This document shows positions 50,207-60,431 of a stretch of 64,000 bases of DNA, one piece after another. Under the pieces are notes generated by a model that did not search any database, had not been told where the DNA came from, and was given only the letters and a program-made list of their open reading frames with translations. The first letter of the stretch is position 1. Each line of letters begins with the position of its first letter. A program made the position numbers and the translations under genes. The stretch comes from an uncultured Acidobacteriota bacterium (GTDB lineage: Bacteria > Acidobacteriota > Thermoanaerobaculia > Multivoradales > JAHEKO01). The stretch is from positions 286,592 to 350,591 of the forward strand of contig CAVQNG010000004.1 in the NCBI GenBank assembly GCA_963713825.1, in the 5' to 3' direction.

Positions 50207-50222
50207 CCACCTGAATGGGTAG
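50207..50222. promoter_or_regulatory. Candidate regulator site CCACCT-GAAT-GGGTAG
   Basis: Centre of the divergent promoter between the bd-like operon and c554. Confidence 0.6.
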
Positions 50223-50308
50223 GTTCGGGCGTCGTCAATTCGATATGATGGGAATGCCGCGCCGCGGAACTCTACCGGGCAATCGTCCTGGACAAAGGAG
50301 ATGGACTC

Positions 50309-50875
50309 ATGAAGAAGGCTGTTGTCCTGATGCTGCTGGTCGTCCCCGTTCTCTTGCTGGCCACCGCCGCCAACGCCGAGCACGCCTACATCGGCACCAA
50401 AAACTGCAAGAAGTGCCATATCAAACAGTGGAAGTCCTGGTCCGAGACCAAGATGGCCAACGCCTTCGAGACCTTGAAGCCGGGTGTCGCCGCCGAGCGC
50501 AAGGCCGAGCTCGGCCTCGACGCCGACAAGGACTACACCACCGATGCGGAGTGTGTCCGCTGCCATGTGACGGGCTACGGTAAAGAGGGCGGTTTCAGCA
50601 GCATCGAAGACACGCCCGATCTGATTGGCGTCGGGTGCGAGATGTGCCATGGAGCCGGAGGGGGCTACACCCAAGATGGCTACATGACATTGAAGAACAA
50701 GGAGTACAAACGAACAGACCTCATCGGTGTCGGTCTTGTCCATCCCGTCGACGAGGCGGTCTGCACCCAGTGCCACAACGAACAGGTGCCGATACCTGAC
50801 TACACGTTCGACTACGAGGCGATGAAGGCCCAGGGCCTGCACGAGAATGCGCCTTTGAAGTACAACCATGATTGA
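50309..50875 (+). CDS. Tetraheme cytochrome c554-family protein
   Basis: Signal peptide; YIG..CKKCH, CVRCHVTG, GVGCEMCHG and CTQCH; AGGAG RBS. Confidence 0.9.
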   Translation: MKKAVVLMLLVVPVLLLATAANAEHAYIGTKNCKKCHIKQWKSWSETKMANAFETLKPGVAAERKAELGLDADKDYTTDAECVRCHVTGYGKEGGFSSIEDTPDLIGVGCEMCHGAGGGYTQDGYMTLKNKEYKRTDLIGVGLVHPVDEAVCTQCHNEQVPIPDYTFDYEAMKAQGLHENAPLKYNHD

Positions 50876-51023
50876 AGCGGCCGGCGCCCCTGCCGGCCGG
50901 GACCTGGGGCTTGGGTCCTGGGTCCTGATGACGCCGCATGGACTGCTGGGAATGGTTGATTGAAATGTAGGGGAGGGGCGCTTGACCCCTCCCGTGGGTG
51001 GCAAAACGACGAAAGGCAGCTCG

Positions 51024-51500
51024 ATGGATCAAGAAGAACGAGATCTCCTGAAGCACCTCCTCACCGAGCAGCGGATCGCCAGCCTCGCGGTGCTGGTGGA
51101 GGGCAAGCCCTTCGCCAGCATGGTGCCTTTCGCACTGACGGAGGACGGCTCCGCTGCCCTGATTCACGCCTCGGCCATGGCCCGCCACTCGGCCGGCCTC
51201 GAGGCCGACGCCCCATTCGCGCTCCTGATCCACGAGCACGACTCCATGGCCGACAAGAATCCCGCCCAGCTCGGCCGCATCACTCTCGAAGGAATCGTCT
51301 ATCCCTTGTCTCGCGAAGAGCCCGCCTACGCCGCTGGGCAGCACGCCTACCTCGAGAAGTTCCCCAAGAGCCAGATCACCTTCCAGCTCGCGGACTTCAC
51401 CCTTTACGAGCTGCGCATCGACACGGCCCGGATGGTTGCCGGCTTCGCGAAGACGTTCGATCTCGTGCCGCGGGATTTCGCCGGTCTCGAGAGCGACTAA
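51024..51500 (+). CDS. Pyridoxamine-5'-phosphate oxidase-like split-barrel protein (HugZ/HutZ-like)
   Basis: PFASMVPFA, S.MARHS, RITLEG, Y..KFP..LADF and VAGFA motifs. Confidence 0.8.
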   Translation: MDQEERDLLKHLLTEQRIASLAVLVEGKPFASMVPFALTEDGSAALIHASAMARHSAGLEADAPFALLIHEHDSMADKNPAQLGRITLEGIVYPLSREEPAYAAGQHAYLEKFPKSQITFQLADFTLYELRIDTARMVAGFAKTFDLVPRDFAGLESD

Positions 51501-51524
51501 AGATACCGATTGAGAGGCCCTGCC

Positions 51525-51944
51525 ATGTTCACCAAGATCCTCGCTCCGGTAGACCTGACCGAGTCCAACCGCGCCGCCATCGAAGTGGCCTCGCAGCTCG
51601 CCGCCCCTGACGACGGCAGCGTGACGCTGCTCCACGTGATCGAGCCAATCGCCGATGCCGAGTTCGAGGACATGAAGGACTTCTACCAGCGCCTCGAGGA
51701 GAAGGCCCGTAAAGCCATGGTCGATCTGGCGGCACCGCTGACGGTGACCGGCAAGACGGTGGACCAGCAGATCACCTACGGGAACCGGGCCCGCGAGATC
51801 GTCTCCTATGCCGACGAGCACGGCACGGACCTGATCGTCCTCGCCTCCCGCCAGTTGGACCCCGAACAACCCGAAAAGACCTGGACCTCCATCAGCCACC
51901 AGGTCGCCGTCCTCGCCCGCTGCCCTGTCCTATTGGTCAAGTGA
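51525..51944 (+). CDS. Universal stress protein
   Basis: KILAPVDL, DLIVLAS and CPVLLVK motifs. Confidence 0.9.
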   Translation: MFTKILAPVDLTESNRAAIEVASQLAAPDDGSVTLLHVIEPIADAEFEDMKDFYQRLEEKARKAMVDLAAPLTVTGKTVDQQITYGNRAREIVSYADEHGTDLIVLASRQLDPEQPEKTWTSISHQVAVLARCPVLLVK

Positions 51945-51960
51945 TCGCGCTACAGTGAGT

Positions 51961-52244
51961 TTGAAGCGGCCGGCGCCCCTGCCGGCCGATATCTCTCCAT
52001 TTGACTTCAAATCGTCCTCGATGTGGAGGTCCGTCCGGGTGGCCCGTAGGGGGACGGCGTCGGCTACTCAGACTGCTACGGGCGGGCCGCCACCTTGTCT
52101 CGTCGTCGCGCCTCATCTCTTGTGCTCTGCAATGGCCCTTGCGCTGCGCTCGACTCGGCACCCCCTTCGAACCACCCGAACGAACCTCTGGCGCCGGTAA
52201 CGGCACTAGGGGCTTAGAGGCATAGGGGCGTGAGGGCTTAGGGG
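51961..52244. repeat. Family D hairpin (51961-51988), inverted family B (52025-52189) and 8-mer array
   Basis: Reverse-complement homology to 30716-30881; TAGGGGCT TAGAGGCA TAGGGGCG TGAGGGCT TAGGGG array. Confidence 0.85.
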
Positions 52245-52284
52245 ACAGAAAGCTCGGAGGTACAGAAGTGTAAGACCGCGCTCA

Positions 52285-52362
52285 GGGTTCGGCGTGGGGA
52301 CCTCCATGGGGGTTCTTGCAGCGGCAGGGAGGATAGCCCCCTGGGGGCCCCACGGCGGACCC
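52285..52362 (+). repeat. Family A hairpin, copy 3
   Basis: GGGTTCGGCGTGGGGACCTCCATGGGGG...CCCCCTGGGGGCCCCACGGCGGACCC. Confidence 0.85.
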
Positions 52363-52377
52363 AGATCGAATTCGGTT

Positions 52378-53919
52378 CTAAGGAGCTTCTTGGAGAGCTT
52401 GAAACACTTCTAGTGCAACCGACCCATCGGGATATCGCACGGTGTGTCCATAACCACCAGCAGGCCTCTCCCCGGGCGCGGTGATGAAGGCGCAGGTTGG
52501 GTGGGTCGACAGGGCTGCTTCGATCGGCCCGACGTGGAGGTCACCCACGTCGTAGGTTTCGATCTCGATATCCGGTGCCTCGTTCCTGGGCGAGGCGCGG
52601 TACACCTCCGGGTCGACTCGGGCGTAGAAGAGATAGAAGAGGTGTGGCGCCATGAGCTCGTTGCTCATCACCAGACAGGGTGAGGACGAGTCGCCAGCCA
52701 CGCTGAGCGCCTCCTCGAAGCCATACTTCCAGGCCGGGGCTCCATACGCCCGATAGCTGCCGAAGTACGCCGTCACCCAGAGGCCGGCCGACACGAGGAG
52801 CGCCACTGAGAACACCCCCACCACCACCTGTCGCACCCTCGGCTTGGGCGTCTGCTGGTAGAGCGCTCCGAGACCGACTGCCGATATGAGGGCAAAAACC
52901 GGAGCCCCAATCAGCGATCGCAAGGCATGGTGGGGCTCGACTGCAACGGCAGCAGCCAGCGGATAAGCCAGGAGCCAGGCCAGCAAGACCCAGTGCGACC
53001 GCTTTCTCTCGCTCGCCATGGCTGTGAAGCCCAGTAGTAGTGTCAGCATCTCCATGCGGTGCAGCTGTCCGAAGCCCTCCAAGCTGTGCCTCAGGAGGTC
53101 GTCACCTTCGAAGAAGAGGAAGGCCGGGTCGAAATAGGAGAGGTAGTTGAGGAAACCCTGACCCCAGGTCTCCACCCGCACCGATGCGGCGCGCTCCAGG
53201 CCCGAAGACGAGATCCAGAACGGCAGCAGCACAAGCAGGATCGCACCAAAGATCAGGGCGAATCCGACCGCATACCGTCGCCGTCGCATGAGCTCGCGCC
53301 AGAAGAAGAGACACAAAGCCCCGACCAGAATCGGCACGAAGACCCTTCCCGCTGAATAGGAATACGAGGCGAGCCCGAACAGCAGTCCGCTCAGCAGTAG
53401 GCGCCGAGGCCTGTCACCGATGCCCCGCTGGAATGCCTGCAGGCCCAGACAGACAAGGAGCGGCAGCAGAATGGTGCGGAAGCCGGCCCGGCTGAACTGC
53501 AGATGCCAGGGACTCAAGGTCAGCAGCCATGCAGCAGACCAGGCCGCCACCCGACCGAACCAGACACTCGTAACCCGCTGCAGACTCCATACCGTCAGCA
53601 TGCCGGCGAGGGCCGCGGGTAGTCGTACGGCGAAGGCTGTCAGCCCGAAGAGTGCCAGGCTCGGTACCGTCAAGAAACGGTAGAGGGACTCGTTTGTGTC
53701 TCCCAGGGACTGCGAGAAGAGAGGCAGGAACTCGCCCGAAGGGCCACGCCCTGTTTCGAGAAGGCAATAGGAGAAATACCCATTAGCCGCCTCGTCGGTC
53801 CAGAACCCGTTCGGGTCGTCCTGCAGCCCCCAGACGCGCAAGCCGAAAGCGACGCCGAGCAACAGCAGCCACGAAACCCAACTGCGAATCCGCGTGCCGC
53901 CAACTTCAGAAGTGGCCAT
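52378..53919 (-). CDS. ArnT/PMT-like (GT39/GT83) membrane glycosyltransferase
   Basis: DEAANGY, FAVRLP, SPWHLQFSR and YSY..R motifs; ATG 53919 preferred. Confidence 0.85.
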   Translation of the reverse strand: MATSEVGGTRIRSWVSWLLLLGVAFGLRVWGLQDDPNGFWTDEAANGYFSYCLLETGRGPSGEFLPLFSQSLGDTNESLYRFLTVPSLALFGLTAFAVRLPAALAGMLTVWSLQRVTSVWFGRVAAWSAAWLLTLSPWHLQFSRAGFRTILLPLLVCLGLQAFQRGIGDRPRRLLLSGLLFGLASYSYSAGRVFVPILVGALCLFFWRELMRRRRYAVGFALIFGAILLVLLPFWISSSGLERAASVRVETWGQGFLNYLSYFDPAFLFFEGDDLLRHSLEGFGQLHRMEMLTLLLGFTAMASERKRSHWVLLAWLLAYPLAAAVAVEPHHALRSLIGAPVFALISAVGLGALYQQTPKPRVRQVVVGVFSVALLVSAGLWVTAYFGSYRAYGAPAWKYGFEEALSVAGDSSSPCLVMSNELMAPHLFYLFYARVDPEVYRASPRNEAPDIEIETYDVGDLHVGPIEAALSTHPTCAFITAPGERPAGGYGHTVRYPDGSVALEVFQALQEAP

Positions 53920-53985
53920 TCCAGGCGACCCTAACAGAGCCACCCCGAATGGTGGCAACCAAGCCCGCACCCATGCAGAAAGCGC

Positions 53986-55443
53986 CTAGTCCGGCTGCTC
54001 CACTTCGTAGTAGCCACGCCCCTCTTCGACTTGTTGCTGCCGCCACTCCGGTAACTCGTCCACCTTCGAGGGCCATGACTGGATGCCGTTGACCAGTTCG
54101 TCCGCTCTGACCTCGAACGTCTTCCAAACGCTCCGTCCTGTCAGGTCGAAGACCCGATACTGCACTCTCGGGACCGGCTCGAAGAGAAAGTCCACCACCC
54201 CGACGCTGCTGCCTTGAAAATAGACCGGTCGAATGCGGGTCGGCCGACGTTCCAGCCAGCTGTCAGGAGTGTCTTGCGCTAGCGGCGAGCTCACCAGATC
54301 GTAGAAATCGTAGCCGCCCTTGTCCGACCACGGAATCACGTTCAACTCGGCGACATGAGTATCGCCGGACAGCAGAACGACACCGCTGATCTCGTTGTCT
54401 CGAATGAAGTCGAAGATCTTGTTTCGCTCGTCGACGAAAGCGGCCCAGGAGTCTCCCGTGTCACCTTTGGCCTGGCTCCAACCACCACCGGAAACCAGGA
54501 CTTTGAAGACTGCTGTGCTCGAACCGAGCTCCTCTTGGAGCCACTCCAGCTGTCGGGCGCCAAGCATGGTCTTGTCGGGACCCTGAGGCGCCACATCGGG
54601 GTCGCGATAGTAACGGTCATCCAGCATGAAGAAATCGACCTGGCCATAGCTGTAACGAAAGAAGACTCCAGGTGTATCGGGCAGTCCGTAGGAGGGGTTG
54701 GCCCAGTACTGCTTGAAGATTGCCAGGGCCTCCTCCTTGATCGGATTTCGGCTGTCCTGGTTGTTCATTCCGAAATCATGATCGTCCCAGACTGCGAGAT
54801 GGGAGACGGAGCGGAGAACGGGCTGCAGACCGGCCACATCCCGTTGCCTCCTGTACTCCTCCTGCAGGACGTGAGGGTTGACCGAGTCGCCGTAGATGTT
54901 GTCTCCGATCCACAGGAACAAGTCCGGGTCAAGCTCGTAGACTCTGGGCCAGATCGGCTGAACTCGATCCTCTCCAAAGCGCGGACAGGATCCGAAGGCG
55001 ACACGAAAGTCGTGTCCCGTACCGGGTGAGGGTGCCGTCTTGGTCCTGAACGGCGGGAACTTCTCAAGGTAGCGATCCTGCTCCCCATTGACCAACACTC
55101 GATAGAAGTACTCCGTGTCCGGATCGAGACCGTCGACGGAAATGACGACGGTGTAGTCGTCCGCTGCCTCGGCCAAGACCGGCTCGGTCTTCTGGACCGC
55201 CCTCAGATCGAACGTGGCCCCCCACTCTACCGAGGCGAGGTACTCACCGCTCATTCGAGCCCATATCTGGAAGCCGTCATCGGACACGGTTCCCACCATC
55301 GGACCCTGCAGAAACCTTGGATAGCCCTCGAACGTGACTTCCGCCGCCTCGATCCGCGGTAACAACGGGGTCCCAATCAGCAAGAAGGTCACCAGCGTCG
55401 ACAAAAGTAGGACAGACTTCTGAATCAAGATTCTCCGTTTCAT
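53986..55443 (-). CDS. phoD: Alkaline phosphatase D family protein
   Basis: AFGSC, GDNIYGD, WDDHD and LSGDTH motifs. Confidence 0.9.
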   Translation of the reverse strand: MKRRILIQKSVLLLSTLVTFLLIGTPLLPRIEAAEVTFEGYPRFLQGPMVGTVSDDGFQIWARMSGEYLASVEWGATFDLRAVQKTEPVLAEAADDYTVVISVDGLDPDTEYFYRVLVNGEQDRYLEKFPPFRTKTAPSPGTGHDFRVAFGSCPRFGEDRVQPIWPRVYELDPDLFLWIGDNIYGDSVNPHVLQEEYRRQRDVAGLQPVLRSVSHLAVWDDHDFGMNNQDSRNPIKEEALAIFKQYWANPSYGLPDTPGVFFRYSYGQVDFFMLDDRYYRDPDVAPQGPDKTMLGARQLEWLQEELGSSTAVFKVLVSGGGWSQAKGDTGDSWAAFVDERNKIFDFIRDNEISGVVLLSGDTHVAELNVIPWSDKGGYDFYDLVSSPLAQDTPDSWLERRPTRIRPVYFQGSSVGVVDFLFEPVPRVQYRVFDLTGRSVWKTFEVRADELVNGIQSWPSKVDELPEWRQQQVEEGRGYYEVEQPD

Positions 55444-55482
55444 GTCATCTCCTCCCTGAACTCCTGAACCACTCTGAGGCCT

Positions 55483-57542
55483 TCAAAAAACCCATGAGAA
55501 TTTTGTGAAAAGGGTGTCTCCCTGGTCCGATGCGGTACCGAGCTCCGAGGTTCCGCGCTGGTAGGCAACCTGCAGGGAGCCGAACGGGGGGCGGAATCGC
55601 CATACCGCGAGGGCCTGGACATTCTCCTTGTCGATCGCCGAGTTCGTCTGCGCAAAGAGCGAGATGAACAGATTGTTCGTAAAGTAGTAATTCGTTCGAA
55701 CGACGTGAATCCAGGTGCTCTCCTGTTCCGGGTCCGGATCGAGCGAGAGCCAGGTCGCCTCATACGACACATTCCACGCACTCGACAGATCGAGCCTTGC
55801 CCGCAGATTAGCCAGGGCGAGGTCGCTGTCGAAGTTCTTACCACTACCAATCTCGAGAAAGACCGATTTCCCGGTCCGATTGTCGTACCCGACTTCCAGG
55901 CTTGTCAGCGAGTTCTCAAACTCCTTCTCGAAGAGCTCGAACCCGTCATCGTAGGAGAGCTCGATCTGCCAACCGTTCGTAAAGACGAGCTCGACGTCGG
56001 CCTCCACCTCCCAGCTCCTCAGAACGCCCTCCTGGCTCTGGTAGCGGTTGTAGTTGACCTTGCCCTCCAGCTTCTCCACCGATTTTTCTTGAAACCAAAT
56101 GGTGTGCGAGACATTCGAGTCGAATTCCTTGCGGTCGTCGTCGCGCAGAAATCCAACGGCATTGACGTTGTCCAACAGACCCGCATCCAGGTGCGTGTAC
56201 CTGATATGAAAATGCGAGTTGGCCGTGTCGTAGGCTGGCCGTAGAAACCAACCGATCGTGCCGTCATTCGTCGGGCCGTGGGAACGGAGGAACTGGCCGG
56301 TCATGCCGATCTTCTCGGTGAAGAAAAGGGTCATGTCCGCCCCGACCGAGCCAACGTTGTCTCCCGCCACGCTGCGGCTGGCAGCGAGAAACCCGATCGT
56401 AGAGGGTCCGAAAACCCCGCGCTGAGCCCGCAATACTCCGTAGTCGGCTTCGACGCTGTCCGTCGCGACGTCCAGGTCTTCCTCCGGATGCAGCTCCGCC
56501 CGGCTGACGAGGGTGGCAACATCGAACCCACCCAGTTTGCCTACGAGCTTGCCTCCCCAGGCGATATCACCGATGCGCCGGGTGTAGAACTGGCGCAGCC
56601 GCTGGTCGTACATCTCCAGCCCTTCGAGGAAGAACGGTCTCTTCTCGGGCACGAAGAGCTCGAAGCGAGTCAGATTGATCTCTTCAACATCGGCCTCGAT
56701 CAATGCGAAGTCCGGATTGATCGTGGCGTCGGCACTGAGATCACTGGTGATCCGGAGCCGGATATCACCACCCACCTTGGTCTCGACCTCGCCGCCAGAC
56801 TCGGCTGCGACAAGCCCGTACGGGATGAGCGCAAATCTCTTCAACCCTTGTGGCCGAACGTCGAGGCCGGACAGGGTTCCAAAGCTCGATACTCGCCATT
56901 CAGACTCTCCTGGTCCCGACCACACCGAGGTCTCGAGACGTCGCGGTACGAAGCGGAAGAAATTGAGACCCCAACTCACATCGTCACCGCTCTTGAACCT
57001 GAGCATCTGCAGGGGAATAGAGAATTCCGCGGTCCAGCCGTCGGCCGAGCGAGTCGAAGCCGACTCCCAGGCCGCATCCCACTTCTCGTCGATCGTTCTG
57101 CCATTGTCCGCCACCTTGCCGTCGGCTTGGACACCGAGCAGATTGGTGGCGAAGTAATAGGCCGTCCGCCTGTTGCGGTAGGTGTCGAGAAGGACCACGA
57201 CGGCGTCGTCCTTGTCGAGCTCTCCATCCCGGGAGGTGATTGCAGCGGCGAGCCTATCGGGATCAGGGTCAAACATCGGAAGGCAACGTAGAGAGCCTCC
57301 GCCGTGTACCCGACCAGAACAACCGTTCGAAATGGCGAGGCCTCGCCAAACTCGGGAACGAATTGCACAAACCCTTGAGCGACAGCTGCAGTGGCCCAGA
57401 CCTCTTCATCGAGAACACCATCGATGGTGGGCTTTTCGGCCAGGATGATCGCTTCGATCGTCAGGTCTGCGGCAGCAATGACCGACGGCACCGACAACGC
57501 CAACCCAACCAATAGCGCGCCGTGCTTGAGCCATGCCCGCAT
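55483..57542 (-). CDS. CBM9-like/DUF5916 outer-membrane protein (one frameshift near 57272)
   Basis: PTIDGVLDE..W, GWTAEFSIP and NPDF..IEAD..NLTRFELFVPEKRPFFLEG motifs, C-terminal Phe; the two ORFs join if one T is added in TGT TT(T) GAC. Confidence 0.8.
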
Positions 57543-57546
57543 GCAC

Positions 57547-58850
57547 TCACTCCCTGTATCCCTGAGGCAAGTATTCGGGCAGCTTGGCGTCGGCGAAGAT
57601 CGGCTCGAGCCGGGCAAAGCGCTGCAGTCCCTCCACCAGCGGGATGCTGGGCCAGTCGTCGCCGATCAGCGGGCGGCGTAGCGCACGAAGTCGTCGGTGA
57701 CGTCGGTGCGCGATGGCGCGATCCAGTCCGCGGGGAAGCGACCGCTCCGAGTTGGCGACCAGCTTCCAGCGGCACCTTGTCGTAGCGCACGCTGTAGATG
57801 CGGCCGGGCTCGCGCAGGATGGTGGCCATGTAACCCGAGCCCTCCTCGCCGCGATCACGGACCGCCTTCTGCCCGACCTTGTACGCCTCTTCCAGGTCGA
57901 CCGTGGAGGCATAGATCATGTTGTGCGCGCTGGTCGGTGCCGGGCACGTTGCCCCGCGCCGAGCCGCGCGCCGCCAGGCCCGACCTCGTTGAGATAGTTG
58001 ACCACGATCTGCTCCACGGTCGTCTCGCTGGCGCAGAACATCGGTGTGGCCGAACGAGTCCTTGCGCTCGCCGATGTCGCCCACGTCAAAGCCCTCGCTG
58101 ACCACGACCAACGGCCCGCCCGCGCTCGCGAGCATGATCGTTGACCGCGTCGGCCAGTTCCTCCAGCGTCGAGGCCCGACTCTCGCATAAAGATCAGCAG
58201 CGGCATCTCGCGGTCGGGGTCGGCCAGGCGCGCGGCGGCGGGGATGAAGCCGATCTTGCGCCCCATCGCCTGCATCACCAGCACCGGGTCGGCCGGGCAG
58301 GAGCCGCGCGTTCTCCTCGTTGGCGTTCTGGACGTTCAGCGCCCAGTAGCGCGCCACGCTGCCGTAGCCGGGCGTGTGGTCGATCAGCTTGAACTCGCTG
58401 TCGCCCACATCGTTGTCGATCGTCTTGGGCACGCCGGTCGCCGACCAGGTCCAGACCCTGCTCTCGGCGGCCAGCTGGGCGACCTTGTGGGCGGTGTCCA
58501 TCGAGTCGTTGCCGCCGTTGTAGAAAAAGTAGCCGACGTCGTGGGCCTTGAACACCTCGATCACGCGCTCGAAATCCTCCTGCTGATGCGCCTTGCAGCT
58601 TGTAGCGGCAGGTGCCGATGGCGCCGGCAGCCGGCGTGGTGCGCAGCAGGGCGATCTCCTCCGCGGTCTGGGCGGACAGGTCGAGCAGTTCCTCTCTGCA
58701 GCACGCCCTCGATGCCGTGCCAGCCGGCATAGACCGTGCCGAAATGCGTCGGGCATCGCCGGCAGGCCTCGACGACGCCGCGCAGCGAGCTGTTGATCAC
58801 CGGCGACGGCCCGCCCGACTGGGCGACGACGACGTTCTTTGGTTTGGCAT
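57547..58850 (-). CDS. pfp: PPi-dependent phosphofructokinase family protein (multiple frameshifts)
   Basis: Fragments [30 protein letters not shown] and MGRKIGF in different frames. Confidence 0.8.
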
Positions 58851-58885
58851 CACTCCTTGCGCTACCTCCGTCATAGGAGCCGCTG

Positions 58886-60342
58886 CTAGGCGTTGTACGT
58901 GCTCGACGTCACGTCGCCACCGTGCCGGTCCAGTTGGTGTGGAAGAACTCGCCGCGCGGCCTGTCCACCGCTCGTAGGTGTGCGCGCCGAAGTAGTCGCG
59001 CTGGGCCTGGAGCAGGTTGGCGGGCAGCCGCTCGCGCCGGTAGCCATCGTAGAAGGCCAGCGCGCTGGACATCGCCGGCACCGGGATGCCCAGCTCGACC
59101 GCCTTGGCGACCACGCGCCGCCAGGCTGCCTGCGCCGCTTCGACCTGCGTCCTTGAAGTAGTCATCCAGCAGCAGGTTGCTCAGGTTCGGGTTCTTGTCA
59201 AAGGCTTCCTTGATCTTGCCCAGGAAGACGGAGCGGATGATGCAGCCGCCGCGCCACATCAGGGCGATGCCGCCATAGTTCAGATTCCAGCCGTACTCCT
59301 CCGCCGCTGCCCGCATCAGCATGTAGCCCTGCGTGTAGGAGATGATCTTGGAAGCGTACAGTGCTTCGTGCAGATCGTTGATCAGAGACGCTGCCTTGTC
59401 GCCGCTCAAACGGCTTGGATCGGGACCGCTCAGCACCTTGAAGCCGCCACGCGTTCTTCCTTAAAGCGCCGAGAGGCAGCGCGCAAACACGGCTTCGGCG
59501 ATCAGGGTCAGCGGGATGCCCATGTCCAGCGCCGAGATGGCCGTCCACTTGCCGGTGCCCTTTTGCCCGGCGTGTCGAGGATCTGATCCACCACGTACTC
59601 GCCGTCCTCGTCCTGATAGCCCAGGATGTCGCGCGTGATCTCGATCAGGTACGAGTCCAGCTTGCCCTCGTTCCACTCGGCAAAGACCTCGTGCATCTCT
59701 TCGTTGCTCATGCCCAGGGCGTTCTTCATCAGATAGTAGGCCTCGCAGATGAGCTGCATGTCGCCGTACTCGATGCCATTGTGGACCATCTTGACAAAGT
59801 GGCCGGCGCCGTTCTCGCCCAACCCAGTCGCAGCACGGCGTGCCGTCCTCGACCTTGGCGGCGATGGCCTGGAAGATCGGCTTGACGTGCGGCCAGGCTT
59901 CCGGCGAGCCGCCGGGCATGATCGACGGGCCGTGGCGCGCGCCCTCTTCGCCGCCGGAGACGCCGGTGCCGATGTAGAGCAGCCCCTTGGACTCGACGTA
60001 TTCGGCTGCGGCGGATCGTGTCGTGATAGTTCGAGTTGCCGCCGTCGATGATGATGTCGCCCTCTTCCAGGTGCGGGATCAGCTGCTCGATGAAATCGTC
60101 GACCGGCTGCCCGGCCTTGACCAGCAGCATCACCCGGCGCGGTCGCTTGAGACGCTGACCAGTTCTTCGATCGAGTGCGTGCCGATGATCTCGTGCCCTT
60201 GGCGTTGCCCTTGATAAAGTCGTCCACGCGTGGACACGGTGCGGTTGTAGACGGCCACGTTGAAGCCGTGGTCATCCATATTCAGTACCAGATTCTGGCC
60301 CATCACGGCCAGACCAATCAGACCAATGTCTGCCTTTTTCAC
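58886..60342 (-). CDS. gnd: NADP-dependent 6-phosphogluconate dehydrogenase (multiple frameshifts)
   Basis: Fragments [38 protein letters not shown] and [13 protein letters not shown]. Confidence 0.9.
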
Positions 60343-60431
60343 CCATCAGACCTCTCCTTCGATTGCGCGTTGAAGTTCCATGGTCCTTCACGATTCGCCC
60401 TTGGCACGATACAACATCTCGCCGGCTCGCC

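Noticed and set aside
57260-57290. Programmed frameshift or phase variation in the DUF5916 gene
   Set aside because: It is a single missing T in a short run at the start of the error-rich zone, so a sequencing artefact is the simpler explanation.
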